A stretch of 64,000 nucleotides of DNA from Candidatus Poribacteria bacterium (GCA_965208325.1 OZ242326.1:2688001-2752000); one strand, 5' to 3'; positions 1 through 9,942 are shown, counted from the stretch's first letter. The notes: generated by a model not told the origin, from the sequence alone. Numbers and translations: made by a program.

Positions 1-122
1 GTGTTTATCAGGTTACCTCGCCCATTGACCAACGCGGGCAGGGAACTTCCAACCATACAGATTGAGTCGATTTTGGTCAAACAGCCTACAGCAGTCCAAA
101 ATCGTATCTGATTCTGACAAAA

Positions 123-145
123 GGGTTGGGGAACCCAACCCCTAC
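123..145 (-). repeat. GTAG-type REP-like hairpin
   Basis: gggttgggg-aa-cccaaccc-ctac; the minus strand reads GTAG followed by a palindrome; lies downstream of rpe. Confidence 0.6.
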
Positions 146-255
146 GAAGCGTCATGTGTATGTGCACCGTTCTTGATTGTCCAGTTGCGATGAAATGTCA
201 ACAGAACCTAATTTATTTCAGGTATTCCCGCTTCATTTAATCTTATTGCACCACT

Positions 256-927
256 TCATGCCGAAGCGGCTTCCCGCAATCCATTTATCGCCTCTTTAAC
301 GTTATCGCTGCGGAAAATTGCCGTGCCTGCCACTAAAATTGTTGCCCCGCGGCTTCCCACCAAACGAGCAGTATCGAACGTGATTCCTCCGTCGACCTCA
401 ATCTCAATACTAGTGTTCCGTTCACGAACAAGTTGCTTCAACCGATCCAGTTTTTCGAGGGTGCCCATCATGAATGATTGACCGCTAAAGCCTGGGTCGA
501 CGCTCATAGGCAGAACAAGATCCAAATCGGCAAGGTACGGTTCTACCGAAGATATCGGTGTTGAAGGACGGAGGGCGATGCCCGCCTGTATCCCACGTGT
601 CTTAATTTGGTCAATCACTTTCTGGATGGGAAAATCAATTTCGATATGAAACGTGATGAACTCCGCGCCGGCGTCCGCGAATACACCAATGTAATCTTGA
701 GGATGCGTAATCATCAAATGCACATCGAAAGGGAGATTGGTATAGCGCCTGATGGATTTGATGAGTTGCGGCCCCATCGTCAAATTGGGAGTAAAATGGC
801 CATCCATAACGTCGAGGTGGATCAGATCGGCGCCCGCCGCAACGATTTTGCTAACTTCCTCACCCATCCGGCTGAAATCCGCTGATAGCATTGACGGGGC
901 AATCTTGATTTTTTTTTCGGTCACCAC
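256..927 (-). CDS. rpe: ribulose-phosphate 3-epimerase
   Basis: IAPSMLSADF, HLDVMDGHF, DVHLM, MSVDPGFSGQ, EVDGGI motifs. Confidence 0.97.
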   Translation of the reverse strand: MVTEKKIKIAPSMLSADFSRMGEEVSKIVAAGADLIHLDVMDGHFTPNLTMGPQLIKSIRRYTNLPFDVHLMITHPQDYIGVFADAGAEFITFHIEIDFPIQKVIDQIKTRGIQAGIALRPSTPISSVEPYLADLDLVLPMSVDPGFSGQSFMMGTLEKLDRLKQLVRERNTSIEIEVDGGITFDTARLVGSRGATILVAGTAIFRSDNVKEAINGLREAASA

Positions 928-1898
928 AGTTCTTTCCTCACTACTTCATTATTATCTTCATAGACAACCATCGTCGCTTCGCCGAGGACTTTATACGGCT
1001 GAGAAATCTTAAACCCGGCTTGGTAGCGGCTATCAATCACTTTTTTTCTTCCGCGGTCGTCTACCACAAAAATGGTCACCTTTTTCGAAGCGGCAGTCGT
1101 CGAGGACACTTCGTGTTTAATGACGACGAATTCCCCTTTTTCCGCCGGCCCTATCGGTGAGCCGCTAATCACGAGATCAACAACCTGACCCACTGGAATC
1201 AGGGTGCCCGCGTCCGGTTGATGGCTGATAATCAACCCTTGATTAATTTCTGCATGCAGCGCGTAATTTTCTACTCCAATTTTAAGGCTGTGCGATTCAA
1301 GTAAATTACGAACTTCATCAAGACCCATACGGCGTAAATCCGGCATACGCAAAATTTTTGGACGCGGACCCGAACTTAACAGAAGATTCACTAGAGTTCC
1401 GCGCACATGCGCGGCGCCGGCTTGCGGCGTTTGCGCAATCACCGTATTGACTTCAGGATAGCGGTCCGAATGCACAACCGCAACGCGCCCACGGCGAAAT
1501 CCGGCGTCTTTGAGGATTCTTTCCCCGTCCTCCAAGGATTGATTGACAACGTCTGGCACTGAAATACTCTCGTTGCCTACACTCAAAGTCAGTCGAACCG
1601 GCTTCTTGCGTTTCACTTTGAAGTCGGCGAGAGGTTCTTGTGCGATTACATGGCCTTCCGGAATCACATCGCTCGGTTTCTGCTCAAGCTCCGGATCGAG
1701 TTGCAATCCCGCGTTGTAGACCATCTGGATGGCTTGCTGGTGGCTCTGACTTATCAGATTAGGAACTGCAACCTCGCCGCCCCGAACCAAACTAGGAATA
1801 ACGACGAACAACAAAACCAATCCAACCATGCAAACAACAATGAGGCTAAAAAAGGCAACTTTGATAATCGCAAAGAAAACGGCATTTAGGTTCATCAT
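921..1898 (-). CDS. membrane-anchored PASTA-domain protein (3 PASTA repeats, no kinase domain)
   Basis: N-terminal TM segment; three repeats starting VPNL/VPDV/MPDL, each with a VIAQxP-type motif. Confidence 0.9.
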   Translation of the reverse strand: MMNLNAVFFAIIKVAFFSLIVVCMVGLVLLFVVIPSLVRGGEVAVPNLISQSHQQAIQMVYNAGLQLDPELEQKPSDVIPEGHVIAQEPLADFKVKRKKPVRLTLSVGNESISVPDVVNQSLEDGERILKDAGFRRGRVAVVHSDRYPEVNTVIAQTPQAGAAHVRGTLVNLLLSSGPRPKILRMPDLRRMGLDEVRNLLESHSLKIGVENYALHAEINQGLIISHQPDAGTLIPVGQVVDLVISGSPIGPAEKGEFVVIKHEVSSTTAASKKVTIFVVDDRGRKKVIDSRYQAGFKISQPYKVLGEATMVVYEDNNEVVRKELW

Positions 1899-1946
1899 TT
1901 TAGTACCATCAAGCGGCCAAACAGAAAGCGTGATAGATTTTGAAGT

Positions 1947-2084
1947 CTATCGCCGTCATTATTCGTACCTTTCAGGTTGTACCTGCTCGTCAGTTAGTAT
2001 TATCACCCTCGTATTCGCTCGGTTGAAATTGTACCTGCTTATCGGTTAAAACTATCGCCCTCGCTATTCGCTCGGTTGATCCCT
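1947..2084. repeat. about 2.7 degenerate tandem copies of a ~52-bp unit
   Basis: tatc(g/a)cc at 1948, 2001 and 2053; ttgtacctgct at 1977 and 2029; tattcgctcggttga at 2012 and 2065. Confidence 0.65.
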
Positions 2085-3023
2085 ACGGAAAAATCGATCC
2101 CCAGTTTTCAAACGATGACCGTTAATAAAATCGTAACCACGTATTTTTTGTCTGTTTGCAGGTTGCACACAATCCAGCCGCACTGCTCGGTGTCCTGCAA
2201 CCACAATGAGCTCCTTATCAGGCGTAATCTGGATTGTACCCGGCGGATTATCTGAGGAATTCGTACAATCGACAGCAGCGCAGTCGATTATCTTCAAGCG
2301 AAGGTTATCCCCCAAATAGGTGTATGCGCTGGGCCAAACAACGGTACCTCGCACTAAATTGCAGATTTCAGCCGCGGATTTTCGCCAGTCAATCTGCCCA
2401 ATCTCTTTTGTCAGTCGAGGCGCTTGCGTCGCCTCCGCGTGGTCCTGCGGCGAATGAGGCGGAGGTACGCCTGATGCGTTTTCCAAAGCTTGAATCAAAA
2501 GCGGAGCGGCTAAGCGCGCCAAGCGGTTGGAGAGGGTCGCGGCTGTATCTTGAGGGTCAATTTTCACCCGCCTTTGCAGGATAATGCCCCCGGTATCCGC
2601 CCCTTCATCAAGCAGCATTATGGTAACTCCTGTCTCCGTCTCCCCATTGATTAAAGCCCATTGAATTGGCGCAGCGCCGCGGTATTTGGGAAGTAGAGAC
2701 GGATGCGAGTTGATACATCCACAAGGTGGGATAGCTAACACCGATTTGGGCAGCAATTGACCGAATGCGGCGACTACGATAGCCATCGGCCGGAGGTTTT
2801 TCAAAACTCGAATAAACTCTCGATGGCGTACCTTCTCAGGTTGATATACCGGCAAATTATGCGCAGCGGCAATAATCTTGACGGGCGGCGGCGTGAGCCG
2901 CTTGCCTCTGCCGCTGGGTTTATCCGGTTGGGTCACGACACCGACGATATCGAAGTTTTCAGCGATTAGCTGTTCCAGGCTAGGAATAGCAAATTCGCTC
3001 GTCCCCATGAAAACGATTCTCAT
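2064..3023 (-). CDS. fmt: methionyl-tRNA formyltransferase
   Basis: MRIVFMGT, VVTQPDKPSGRG, INSHPSLLPKYRGAAPIQWA. Confidence 0.97.
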   Translation of the reverse strand: MRIVFMGTSEFAIPSLEQLIAENFDIVGVVTQPDKPSGRGKRLTPPPVKIIAAAHNLPVYQPEKVRHREFIRVLKNLRPMAIVVAAFGQLLPKSVLAIPPCGCINSHPSLLPKYRGAAPIQWALINGETETGVTIMLLDEGADTGGIILQRRVKIDPQDTAATLSNRLARLAAPLLIQALENASGVPPPHSPQDHAEATQAPRLTKEIGQIDWRKSAAEICNLVRGTVVWPSAYTYLGDNLRLKIIDCAAVDCTNSSDNPPGTIQITPDKELIVVAGHRAVRLDCVQPANRQKIRGYDFINGHRLKTGDRFFRRDQPSE

Positions 3024-3073
3024 TTTTCAATAGCGCTGTCCTTTCGCTCAGTCGTCCCTATTCGGTCGCCTGA

Positions 3074-3589
3074 TCATTTACTATTTGTTCGCTTAATCCT
3101 TTCAGGTTGAGTTTCCAGCAACTCCTGATCCTCAAGAATCAATCGGTCAATGAACAGAACCCCGTCAAGATGATCGATTTCATGCTGTAAGACTCGCGCC
3201 ATTAACCCGCTCGCTTCAAATTCGACTTCATCCGTGTTCAGAAGCAGGCCCTTAACCGTTACATCCATGGCACGCCTCACAATGCCCCTGTAACCGGGCA
3301 AACTCAAGCACCCTTCCTCTCCCAGTTCCTCACCTTCCGCACGCGTAATTACAGGATTAATCAACGCAATTGGCGGAATTTCAGGGTGATAGTCATTGAT
3401 GTCGATGGCAATAATCCTATTGGAAACACCAACCTGCGGCGCAGCCAAACCAATGCCTTGAGCTGACCGCATGGTCTCAAACATATCCTGAACCAATTTA
3501 GAAATATTCGCGGAAATCTGTTCGACGGGCGAGGCCTTCTCACGTAAAATGGGTGTGTTTTCACCGACCACAATATTCAAAACTGCCAT
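3074..3589 (-). CDS. def: peptide deformylase
   Basis: GIGLAAPQVG, EGCLS, QHEIDHLDG motifs. Confidence 0.98.
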   Translation of the reverse strand: MAVLNIVVGENTPILREKASPVEQISANISKLVQDMFETMRSAQGIGLAAPQVGVSNRIIAIDINDYHPEIPPIALINPVITRAEGEELGEEGCLSLPGYRGIVRRAMDVTVKGLLLNTDEVEFEASGLMARVLQHEIDHLDGVLFIDRLILEDQELLETQPERIKRTNSK

Positions 3590-3666
3590 AGCTTGTTATG
3601 TAGCATATAAGCAGATAAGCCAATTCCAATTGATTATAGCACTATTGGTTATAATTGGCAAAACAG

Positions 3667-4149
3667 CTAAAATCGAATGTGGACCAACGGAACAAAAAGA
3701 CCCTGCGAATCTTCCAATTCCCATTCGTTCTCACTGACTCTTTCCGGGGTCGGTGCGGAGGGTGGAGACGTTGGAATGAGCTGCTCGGACAAGTTTTTAT
3801 CGCGTGTATGAAGCCAATCCCAGAAACCAATGAAGAGTGCGAGTGACGCGGCTGACGCACCCATAATTTTAAAGTCCAGGCTGTCAAGGTCAGGCGCAAC
3901 TTGGTTTTGCCGAATCATTTCAACGCCGCGCACAGCAAGAAAACTGTGAATTGCTGTAAATGGTAGTGAAACGAGTGTCACAATCTCAAATCGCCGCAAT
4001 GCGCTCTCTTGATATACTTCTCTTTCTTGGGCTTTGCCCTGTCCTCTGCGCACCGACGCCCTTTCCCCCGACGAATTTTGAGATTGGCCATAGGAATTCC
4101 CTGACGCTAACAACGCAATTATTAGAACAGACAGTAGTTTAGCTTTCAT
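3667..4149 (-). CDS. hypothetical exported/membrane protein
   Basis: signal-peptide-like MKAKLLSVLIIALLA (ATG 4149; the ORF track starts at 4164), two hydrophobic segments, C-terminal Phe; overlaps the lspA end. Confidence 0.7.
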   Translation of the reverse strand: MKAKLLSVLIIALLASGNSYGQSQNSSGERASVRRGQGKAQEREVYQESALRRFEIVTLVSLPFTAIHSFLAVRGVEMIRQNQVAPDLDSLDFKIMGASAASLALFIGFWDWLHTRDKNLSEQLIPTSPPSAPTPERVSENEWELEDSQGLFVPLVHIRF

Positions 4150-4648
4150 TTTGTTTGCGATCATCGTAATCTCCTCGATGACGAAGCAGGTGAATTATAA
4201 GCATTCCCGCCCCGACACAGACTGCCACATCGGCAAGGTTAAATGTTGGCCACCAAAAATTCGGCAGCAATCGAAACCGAAGGAAATCTGTAACCTCGCC
4301 GTGGCGAATTCGATCCAAAAAATTTCCGAGCGCCCCGCCTAGTAGGACGCTGAGGGCAATTCTCATCCACAAACTGTGCAGGTATTGCTTGTAATAGACA
4401 AATATAAAGCCGATAGCAACGATTGTTATTATCGTAAGAATCAAATTTTGCCCGCGCATCAGTCCGAAGGCAGCACCGGTGTTTGTGGTATAGCTTAGTT
4501 CAAATATTCCTTCAATGACAACAATAACCTGTGGATTGCGCGGTACAATGATTTCTTGGACCAACCATTTGGTCAACTGATCTGCGGCGAGTACGAGAGA
4601 GGTAATCCCCAATAACGGAAGAAACAGCTTGATTCTATCTTTCAACAT
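4139..4648 (-). CDS. lspA: lipoprotein signal peptidase II
   Basis: DQLTK, NTGAAFG, GGALGNFLDR, VTDF, FNLAD motifs. Confidence 0.96.
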   Translation of the reverse strand: MLKDRIKLFLPLLGITSLVLAADQLTKWLVQEIIVPRNPQVIVVIEGIFELSYTTNTGAAFGLMRGQNLILTIITIVAIGFIFVYYKQYLHSLWMRIALSVLLGGALGNFLDRIRHGEVTDFLRFRLLPNFWWPTFNLADVAVCVGAGMLIIHLLRHRGDYDDRKQNES

Positions 4649-4720
4649 GGTTAACTTTCCCTATGTACCATATTGCTGCGGTTCTAGTTGGTTTGCGCAT
4701 TAAACGCACCGCGATTAAAA

Positions 4721-5023
4721 TTAACTGCCCCGCATTGCATGAATTGTATCGAGAGTATATGCCTCATAGGGGGTCTCCAATAGCTCCGCTAACCGGTCAA
4801 ATTCACTTGCATCTTGCGCTTGTTCGACCATTGCCTCGTGCGATTCAGCGGATTCCCATTCCTCAATCTCAAATATGTGATGTTTTTGTGTTTGATCTTG
4901 AAGCAGTGAAATACGTTTACAACCTGCGTCAAGCAACATAGGTTGTAAATCGGTCAAAAAATCCAATAGGGCATCAATTTTGTCCGGCTTAGCTTGGTAA
5001 CGGACGATAACCGTAACGCTCAT
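4721..5023 (-). CDS. antibiotic biosynthesis monooxygenase (ABM/dimeric alpha-beta barrel) family protein
   Basis: VIVRYQAKPDK...AGC...IEEWESAESH pattern; probable start ATG 5023 after GGAGAGG. Confidence 0.8.
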   Translation of the reverse strand: MSVTVIVRYQAKPDKIDALLDFLTDLQPMLLDAGCKRISLLQDQTQKHHIFEIEEWESAESHEAMVEQAQDASEFDRLAELLETPYEAYTLDTIHAMRGS

Positions 5024-5192
5024 CACGCCTCTCCGTATATGCAGTAGATTGTGCCGTTGGCACTTTGGCCGGCAAAAAAACAAAATTCAATCGTGGTGTA
5101 ACTTTATGTATCCAAGGCACCTGCGTTTCTTCTAATTTTTTTCTTGGTTTAACGGGTCGCGCAAATCGATAGATCTGAATCAATCCCAAGTA

Positions 5193-5459
5193 TTAAAATG
5201 CCGCGTTCACGAAATTTTGTAGTACGGTCAACAGAAGAATTAGAACGATTGGCGAGATGTCGAATGGGACATTGCCCATTAACGGTCTGAGTAACTGGCG
5301 GATTGGATCTAAAAGCGGATCTACCAATTGCCCCGTCGTCCAATAGAATCTCCGAATCGTCATATTCGGGTTGCCAATATGCACCAACCAAGACAAAATC
5401 ACGTTGGCAACCACAATCAGTGTATAGATTCCAATCAATTTGCTCAATATCCAACCCAT
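5193..5459 (-). CDS. yggT: YggT family membrane protein
   Basis: ILSW, DPLLDPIRQLL, DISPIVLI; follows proC. Confidence 0.9.
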   Translation of the reverse strand: MGWILSKLIGIYTLIVVANVILSWLVHIGNPNMTIRRFYWTTGQLVDPLLDPIRQLLRPLMGNVPFDISPIVLILLLTVLQNFVNAAF

Positions 5460-5484
5460 ATTCTCGGTTCCTTGTCGGTAGTTT

Positions 5485-6294
5485 TTATTTCGCTAGTGCC
5501 TCTGCACGCTTGGTCGCTGCAATTACCGCATCAGCAACTATTGCCCGCAGGCGTCCACGTTCCAGTTCGTACAGTCCCGCCGCCGTAGTTCCACCCGGCG
5601 TCGTCACAAGGTTTTTCAGCACCGCCGGGTGTTCCTCAGTCTTCTCCAACATCTTGCTCGCCCCAAGCACCGTTTGCACTGCAAGTTGAAATGCATCCGT
5701 TCGGGTTAATCCAACCTGCACGCCAGCGTCCGCAAGCGCTTCAATAAACAGGAAGACAAATGCAGGTCCGCTGCCGCTTAAACCGGTAACAGCGTTAAGA
5801 TAGGTGTCGTCCCTGATAAACGATTTGCCCACAGTATCAAAAATAGCCTGTGTTAGCGTAAGATGGTCGTCTGTTGCAGCGCTGCCCCCGGCAATGACCG
5901 AGACTGCGGCGCCAACAGAAATCGTGATGTTTGGCATCACGCGAACAATTGGTGCGGGAGGAGAAAAATAGGATTCCAATTTAACTGCAGGGACGCCCGC
6001 TGCAATCGAGATTAGCCATTGATGCGCACTAATTGAAGCTGCGATTTCAGGAAAAATTTCTGGCACATTATTCGGCTTGGCTGCATACAAAATGCAGTCA
6101 ACGTTCTCAACTAGTTGAGAGACATCCGCGGCGCGGTTAACGCCCAATTCTTCGCACAACTCATCTACGGGTGGTTTGTAAATATCCGTAATCCAAATCT
6201 GTTCCGGTGGGAGTAAATCGCCCGCAACTCCTCTAACGATTGCACATCCCATGCTACCGACACCTATGGTGCCCAATCGAAGTGTCTTATCCAA
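5485..6294 (-). CDS. proC: pyrroline-5-carboxylate reductase
   Basis: GVGSMG, SIAAGV, RVMPN, TGLSGSGPAF, VTTPGGTT. Confidence 0.97.
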   Translation of the reverse strand: MDKTLRLGTIGVGSMGCAIVRGVAGDLLPPEQIWITDIYKPPVDELCEELGVNRAADVSQLVENVDCILYAAKPNNVPEIFPEIAASISAHQWLISIAAGVPAVKLESYFSPPAPIVRVMPNITISVGAAVSVIAGGSAATDDHLTLTQAIFDTVGKSFIRDDTYLNAVTGLSGSGPAFVFLFIEALADAGVQVGLTRTDAFQLAVQTVLGASKMLEKTEEHPAVLKNLVTTPGGTTAAGLYELERGRLRAIVADAVIAATKRAEALAK

Positions 6295-6310
6295 AGCCTA
6301 TATTCCTTTC

Positions 6311-7000
6311 CTACACCCGTTTGCCGAAAATAGCTGTGCCGATTCGGATAACATTCGCTCCTTCTTCGACAGCAACTTCAAAATCATGCGTCATACCCAT
6401 CGAAAGGTAAGCCATGTCAACCCCCTGAAACCGCTGCGATTTAACCTGTTCCTGAAGACGCCCTAACAATGCAAATGAAGGACGTACCGCATCCACATTC
6501 GGTGCAAACGGCCCAATTGTCATAAGTCCTTTGATCCGGACATGTCTATAATCTAGGGCGCTTTCGATGAAGCTGAGTACCTGTTCCGGCTGAACACCGT
6601 ACTTACTCGACTCGCCCGATGTGTTGACCTGAACCAACACGTCGGTCTGGCAATTCAAACCAGCGGATCGGCGATTTATTTCATTAAGGAGACGCAGGCT
6701 ATCCACCGAGTGAATCAAATCGAAAATTCGTAATGCCGCTTTGACCTTGTTTCTTTGTAAATGCCCAACAAAATGCCACTTCACCGGTCGGTCAATCTGG
6801 TCATATTTGGTTCTGGCTTCTTGAAGTTGGTTTTCCCCAATCTCCGTAACGCCGGCGTCAATCGCTTCTAGAATGAGAGAAGCTGGTTTGGTTTTGGACA
6901 CGGCGACAAGGCGTACCGCTTCGGGGTCGCGTCCAGCACGATCGGCCGCAGCATCAACTCGGTCCCGGACTTGCTTTAAATTTTCATGAATGGAAGCCAA
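6311..7000 (-). CDS. yggS: PLP homeostasis protein YggS/PLPBP
   Basis: LVAVSKTKP, GENQLQE, WHFVGHLQRNK, LSMGMTHDF, RIGTAIFG. Confidence 0.96.
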   Translation of the reverse strand: MASIHENLKQVRDRVDAAADRAGRDPEAVRLVAVSKTKPASLILEAIDAGVTEIGENQLQEARTKYDQIDRPVKWHFVGHLQRNKVKAALRIFDLIHSVDSLRLLNEINRRSAGLNCQTDVLVQVNTSGESSKYGVQPEQVLSFIESALDYRHVRIKGLMTIGPFAPNVDAVRPSFALLGRLQEQVKSQRFQGVDMAYLSMGMTHDFEVAVEEGANVIRIGTAIFGKRV

Positions 7001-7131
7001 ACGATCACTATCCCTCCGCCCTGCAATACCTTAATGTTGGCAGTTGAACTTATTCCCACTGCAATGTTACACCTATTGACACAAGGGTAGATTCAGCGAA
7101 CAGATAGGAAACATTGACCGGCCCAATAGGG

Positions 7132-7167
7132 AGGGATCAACCGACTGTATAGGGAGGGCGATAGTTT
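7132..7167 (-). repeat. dispersed inverted copy of the 2049-2084 repeat
   Basis: the reverse complement matches 2049-2084 at 32 of 36 nt. Confidence 0.7.
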
Positions 7168-7186
7168 CTCTTCCCCATTAACTCAA

Positions 7187-7933
7187 TCATTCAGAGGACG
7201 CCTCATCAGGTAGGGAAGGTGGAACATAGAGAATACGTTGACAACTTCCACATCGGATAATTTGTTCGTTTTTACGAGCCTGCTGTAAGGTCTGAGGCGG
7301 AACTCTGAGATGGCAACTGCCGCACGCATTGTCTACAACCAACGAAATCAGCCCTGTGCCTTGACGTTTGAACCACTCCTGATAACGGTTTATTAAATCG
7401 GGATGGATTTTCGGCTGAAAATTAAGACGCTTTTCTTGATAGTCTGCAATTTGTGATTTGAGGTCATCCGTTTCTTTTTCATATTCGGCTTTCTGCTCAT
7501 TATTTTTCGCTTGCTCCCCGTCGAACGCCTTTTGTTGTTGATTCAGCTCTTCTTTGAGTTGGTCTATCAGTAGCATGATTTCTAAAATTTCGTCTTCAAT
7601 CTCCGCCTCTTTTCCCATGAGAAAACTAATCTCTTGGTCCACCGCCTGATACTCTTTGTTGGTCTTAACCTCCCGTAATCGTGCCTGAGATTTTCGGCGC
7701 TGTTCTTGCTGCATCTCAAGCGCACCCGCTTTTGATCGTTGCTCCTTTTCCGCGTCCGCTAACTTTTTCTGCTTTTCTTCCAGTTTCTGCTGATATACGT
7801 GAATACTCTCCTCCAACCTTTTTATCTTGTTTGGAACCGACTTCAATTTATCTTGAACCGCCAGAATTTCGGTGTCGGTCTGCTGCAGTTCAAATAAGAG
7901 CGGCAACTGTTCTTGTAAGTTAAAATTAAGCAT
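7187..7933 (-). CDS. coiled-coil protein with C-terminal C4 zinc ribbon (CT398/HP0958-like)
   Basis: LFELQQTD start, long coiled coil, KTNKEYQA, CGSCH...CGSCQRILY; probable start ATG 7933 overlapping the tatC stop. Confidence 0.92.
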   Translation of the reverse strand: MLNFNLQEQLPLLFELQQTDTEILAVQDKLKSVPNKIKRLEESIHVYQQKLEEKQKKLADAEKEQRSKAGALEMQQEQRRKSQARLREVKTNKEYQAVDQEISFLMGKEAEIEDEILEIMLLIDQLKEELNQQQKAFDGEQAKNNEQKAEYEKETDDLKSQIADYQEKRLNFQPKIHPDLINRYQEWFKRQGTGLISLVVDNACGSCHLRVPPQTLQQARKNEQIIRCGSCQRILYVPPSLPDEASSE

Positions 7934-8756
7934 AGCTTTCCGGCTCGCTTTCCACGAGAAAAGCGAGAAAAATTCCCAGCTGGTAGAGTCCAATGAGTGG
8001 AATCGCCATCAGAAGCATTGATGCCGGATCTGCTGGCGTCAACATAGCCGACAATACAAAGATCCCGAGGAACGCATAGTTGCGTCGTTCTCGAAACCCT
8101 TGAGAATTAATCACCCCAATCCATGACAGAAACGCCATGACAATCGGAAGTTCAAACGCGATGCCGAACCCGATTAACAAGCGCGTCAGGAAATTCACAT
8201 ACCTGTCCAACTCCCACAAGTTATCATAGTCTTTTAAGAGCTTTGCGGAAAATTCCATTACAACTGGCGCCACGATAAAATATGCGAAAATCGCGCCAAC
8301 CACGAAGAAAAACACGATGACAAAAAACAAGGGAAGTGCATACCTCTTCTCCCGATGTGTCAATGCGGGGAAGATAAACGACCAAATCTGGTACAGCACC
8401 ACCGGCGACGCCATCAGGAAGCCAAAGGTAAAGCTGATTTTGATGTAAGCCATAATGCCTTCGACAACGCCGCCCTTAATGATCTTCGCGTCAACGGTTG
8501 AACCGCTAGCCCTCAGAACAATTGAGAGATACCCAAAGAATGACCCGTCCGGCGCACCAACCCAATCTATCAATGTTGCCAATGATACGTTGATCGGCAT
8601 ATTCAAAGGCAACGTCAAAATTTTGGCGTAAAAATTATGAAACGTCAGACTAGCCGCCACGGAAATACCAACCGCAATAGCAGATATGATTATCCGCCGC
8701 CGGAGCTCCTCAAGATGCTCCCAGAAGGTCATGGACCTACCGTCGTCAGATGCCAT
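7926..8756 (-). CDS. tatC: twin-arginine translocase subunit TatC
   Basis: MTFWEHLEELRRR, YQIWSFIFPAL, FELPI, LTPADP. Confidence 0.96.
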   Translation of the reverse strand: MASDDGRSMTFWEHLEELRRRIIISAIAVGISVAASLTFHNFYAKILTLPLNMPINVSLATLIDWVGAPDGSFFGYLSIVLRASGSTVDAKIIKGGVVEGIMAYIKISFTFGFLMASPVVLYQIWSFIFPALTHREKRYALPLFFVIVFFFVVGAIFAYFIVAPVVMEFSAKLLKDYDNLWELDRYVNFLTRLLIGFGIAFELPIVMAFLSWIGVINSQGFRERRNYAFLGIFVLSAMLTPADPASMLLMAIPLIGLYQLGIFLAFLVESEPESYA

Positions 8757-8768
8757 ACCCTTTCACCG

Positions 8769-8981
8769 CTAGACCCCTTTATCCGTCCGTTTGGACGAAT
8801 TTGCATCCTCTTCGTCCATTGATTTAGCCAAATCGTTTTGAATATCTTTTCCAGCACTCTTGAATTCCCGTATTGCCTTCCCAAGAGAGCGCCCCATCTC
8901 CGGCAATCGCTTTGGTCCAAAGATGACAAGGATGGCCAAAAGAATCAAGAGAATTTCCCATCCACCTAAAGACCCAGGCAT
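8769..8981 (-). CDS. tatA: twin-arginine translocase subunit TatA/E
   Basis: EILLILLAILVIFGPKRLPEMGRSLGKAIREFK. Confidence 0.95.
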   Translation of the reverse strand: MPGSLGGWEILLILLAILVIFGPKRLPEMGRSLGKAIREFKSAGKDIQNDLAKSMDEEDANSSKRTDKGV

Positions 8982-9040
8982 CTGTGATTTCCTCCCAAAT
9001 AGAGATTATAAAGCAGATTGTTCAAGCAAAATGCAGGAAT

Positions 9041-9069
9041 ATTATACTTTAAAAACTGATGAATTTCAA
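9041..9069 (-). promoter_or_regulatory. sigma70-type promoter for tatA
   Basis: minus strand TTGAAA-N17-TATAAT, about 60 bp upstream of tatA. Confidence 0.6.
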
Positions 9070-9270
9070 TCGCTATGTCAAAGATTACCAGAACTGATTT
9101 CTTGAAATCCCATTATCTATCCTAAACACATTCCTCAATTCATCCAACTCGCCGGTTACTGATCGTGGTCATTTACGCCGCTAAAAAACACTTCTTATCG
9201 CGATTCCCGCACTTGATTTCTGTGGAAAAATTACAGGAATTTCTTCAATGGTAATGTAAACGAGGTTTTT

Positions 9271-9942
9271 TCAGTCGTTGCCCTGAACGGACATTTCAAC
9301 GAATACGTTACGCGCTACTTCACGGCCCACATGGTGCTCACATCCCTTAATCTTCAGACATAACGGCCCATTAAACGGCGCCTTGGCCACAACTTGGACA
9401 CGGGCACCCGGAATTAGCCCCAATCCGGCAAGGTAACGCAGCATCTCAGGGATGCCATCATTAACCTGGCGAACCGTGACAAAACTCCCGGCATCGATCT
9501 CCGCCAGAATTTCGTAGGAGGTTTCCTTGAGATTACCCTCTTTTGTTGGAATAGTGTGTCCGTGCGGGTCTATCGTTGGATGGCCCAACGCTTCAGCCAT
9601 CTTCTCCTCAAACTCCTCAGAGATGACATGTTCCAGCTTATCCGCTTCATGGTGCACCTTATCCCAGGTGAACCCCATGATTTCAACCAGATAAAGTTCA
9701 AGCAATCGGTGGTGGCGGACAACCTCTTGAGCGATTTTCTCGCCGCCCTCGGTCAACTTAACGCCGTGGTAAGAGTTGTGATTGAGCAGTTCCATCGACG
9801 CCAACTTTCTAATCATACCAGTCACAGATGCGGCTGAGACGTGCATATGCTGCGCAATGACAGAGGTAGGCACTTTCTCCTCTTTTCCCTTTTGTAGGAG
9901 ATAGATTGCCTTTAGATAATCTTCCATCGCATGAGTTATCAT
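9271..9942 (-). CDS. DtxR/MntR family metal-dependent repressor with C-terminal FeoA domain
   Basis: EDYLKAIY, RHHRLLELYL, HHEADKLEH, DPHGH, then LGLIPGARV (FeoA/SH3). Confidence 0.95.
   Translation of the reverse strand: MITHAMEDYLKAIYLLQKGKEEKVPTSVIAQHMHVSAASVTGMIRKLASMELLNHNSYHGVKLTEGGEKIAQEVVRHHRLLELYLVEIMGFTWDKVHHEADKLEHVISEEFEEKMAEALGHPTIDPHGHTIPTKEGNLKETSYEILAEIDAGSFVTVRQVNDGIPEMLRYLAGLGLIPGARVQVVAKAPFNGPLCLKIKGCEHHVGREVARNVFVEMSVQGND

Noticed and set aside
7001..7186. RNase P RNA or other ncRNA after the Zn-ribbon gene
   Set aside because: Gap too short and lacks the GAGGAAAGTCC signature
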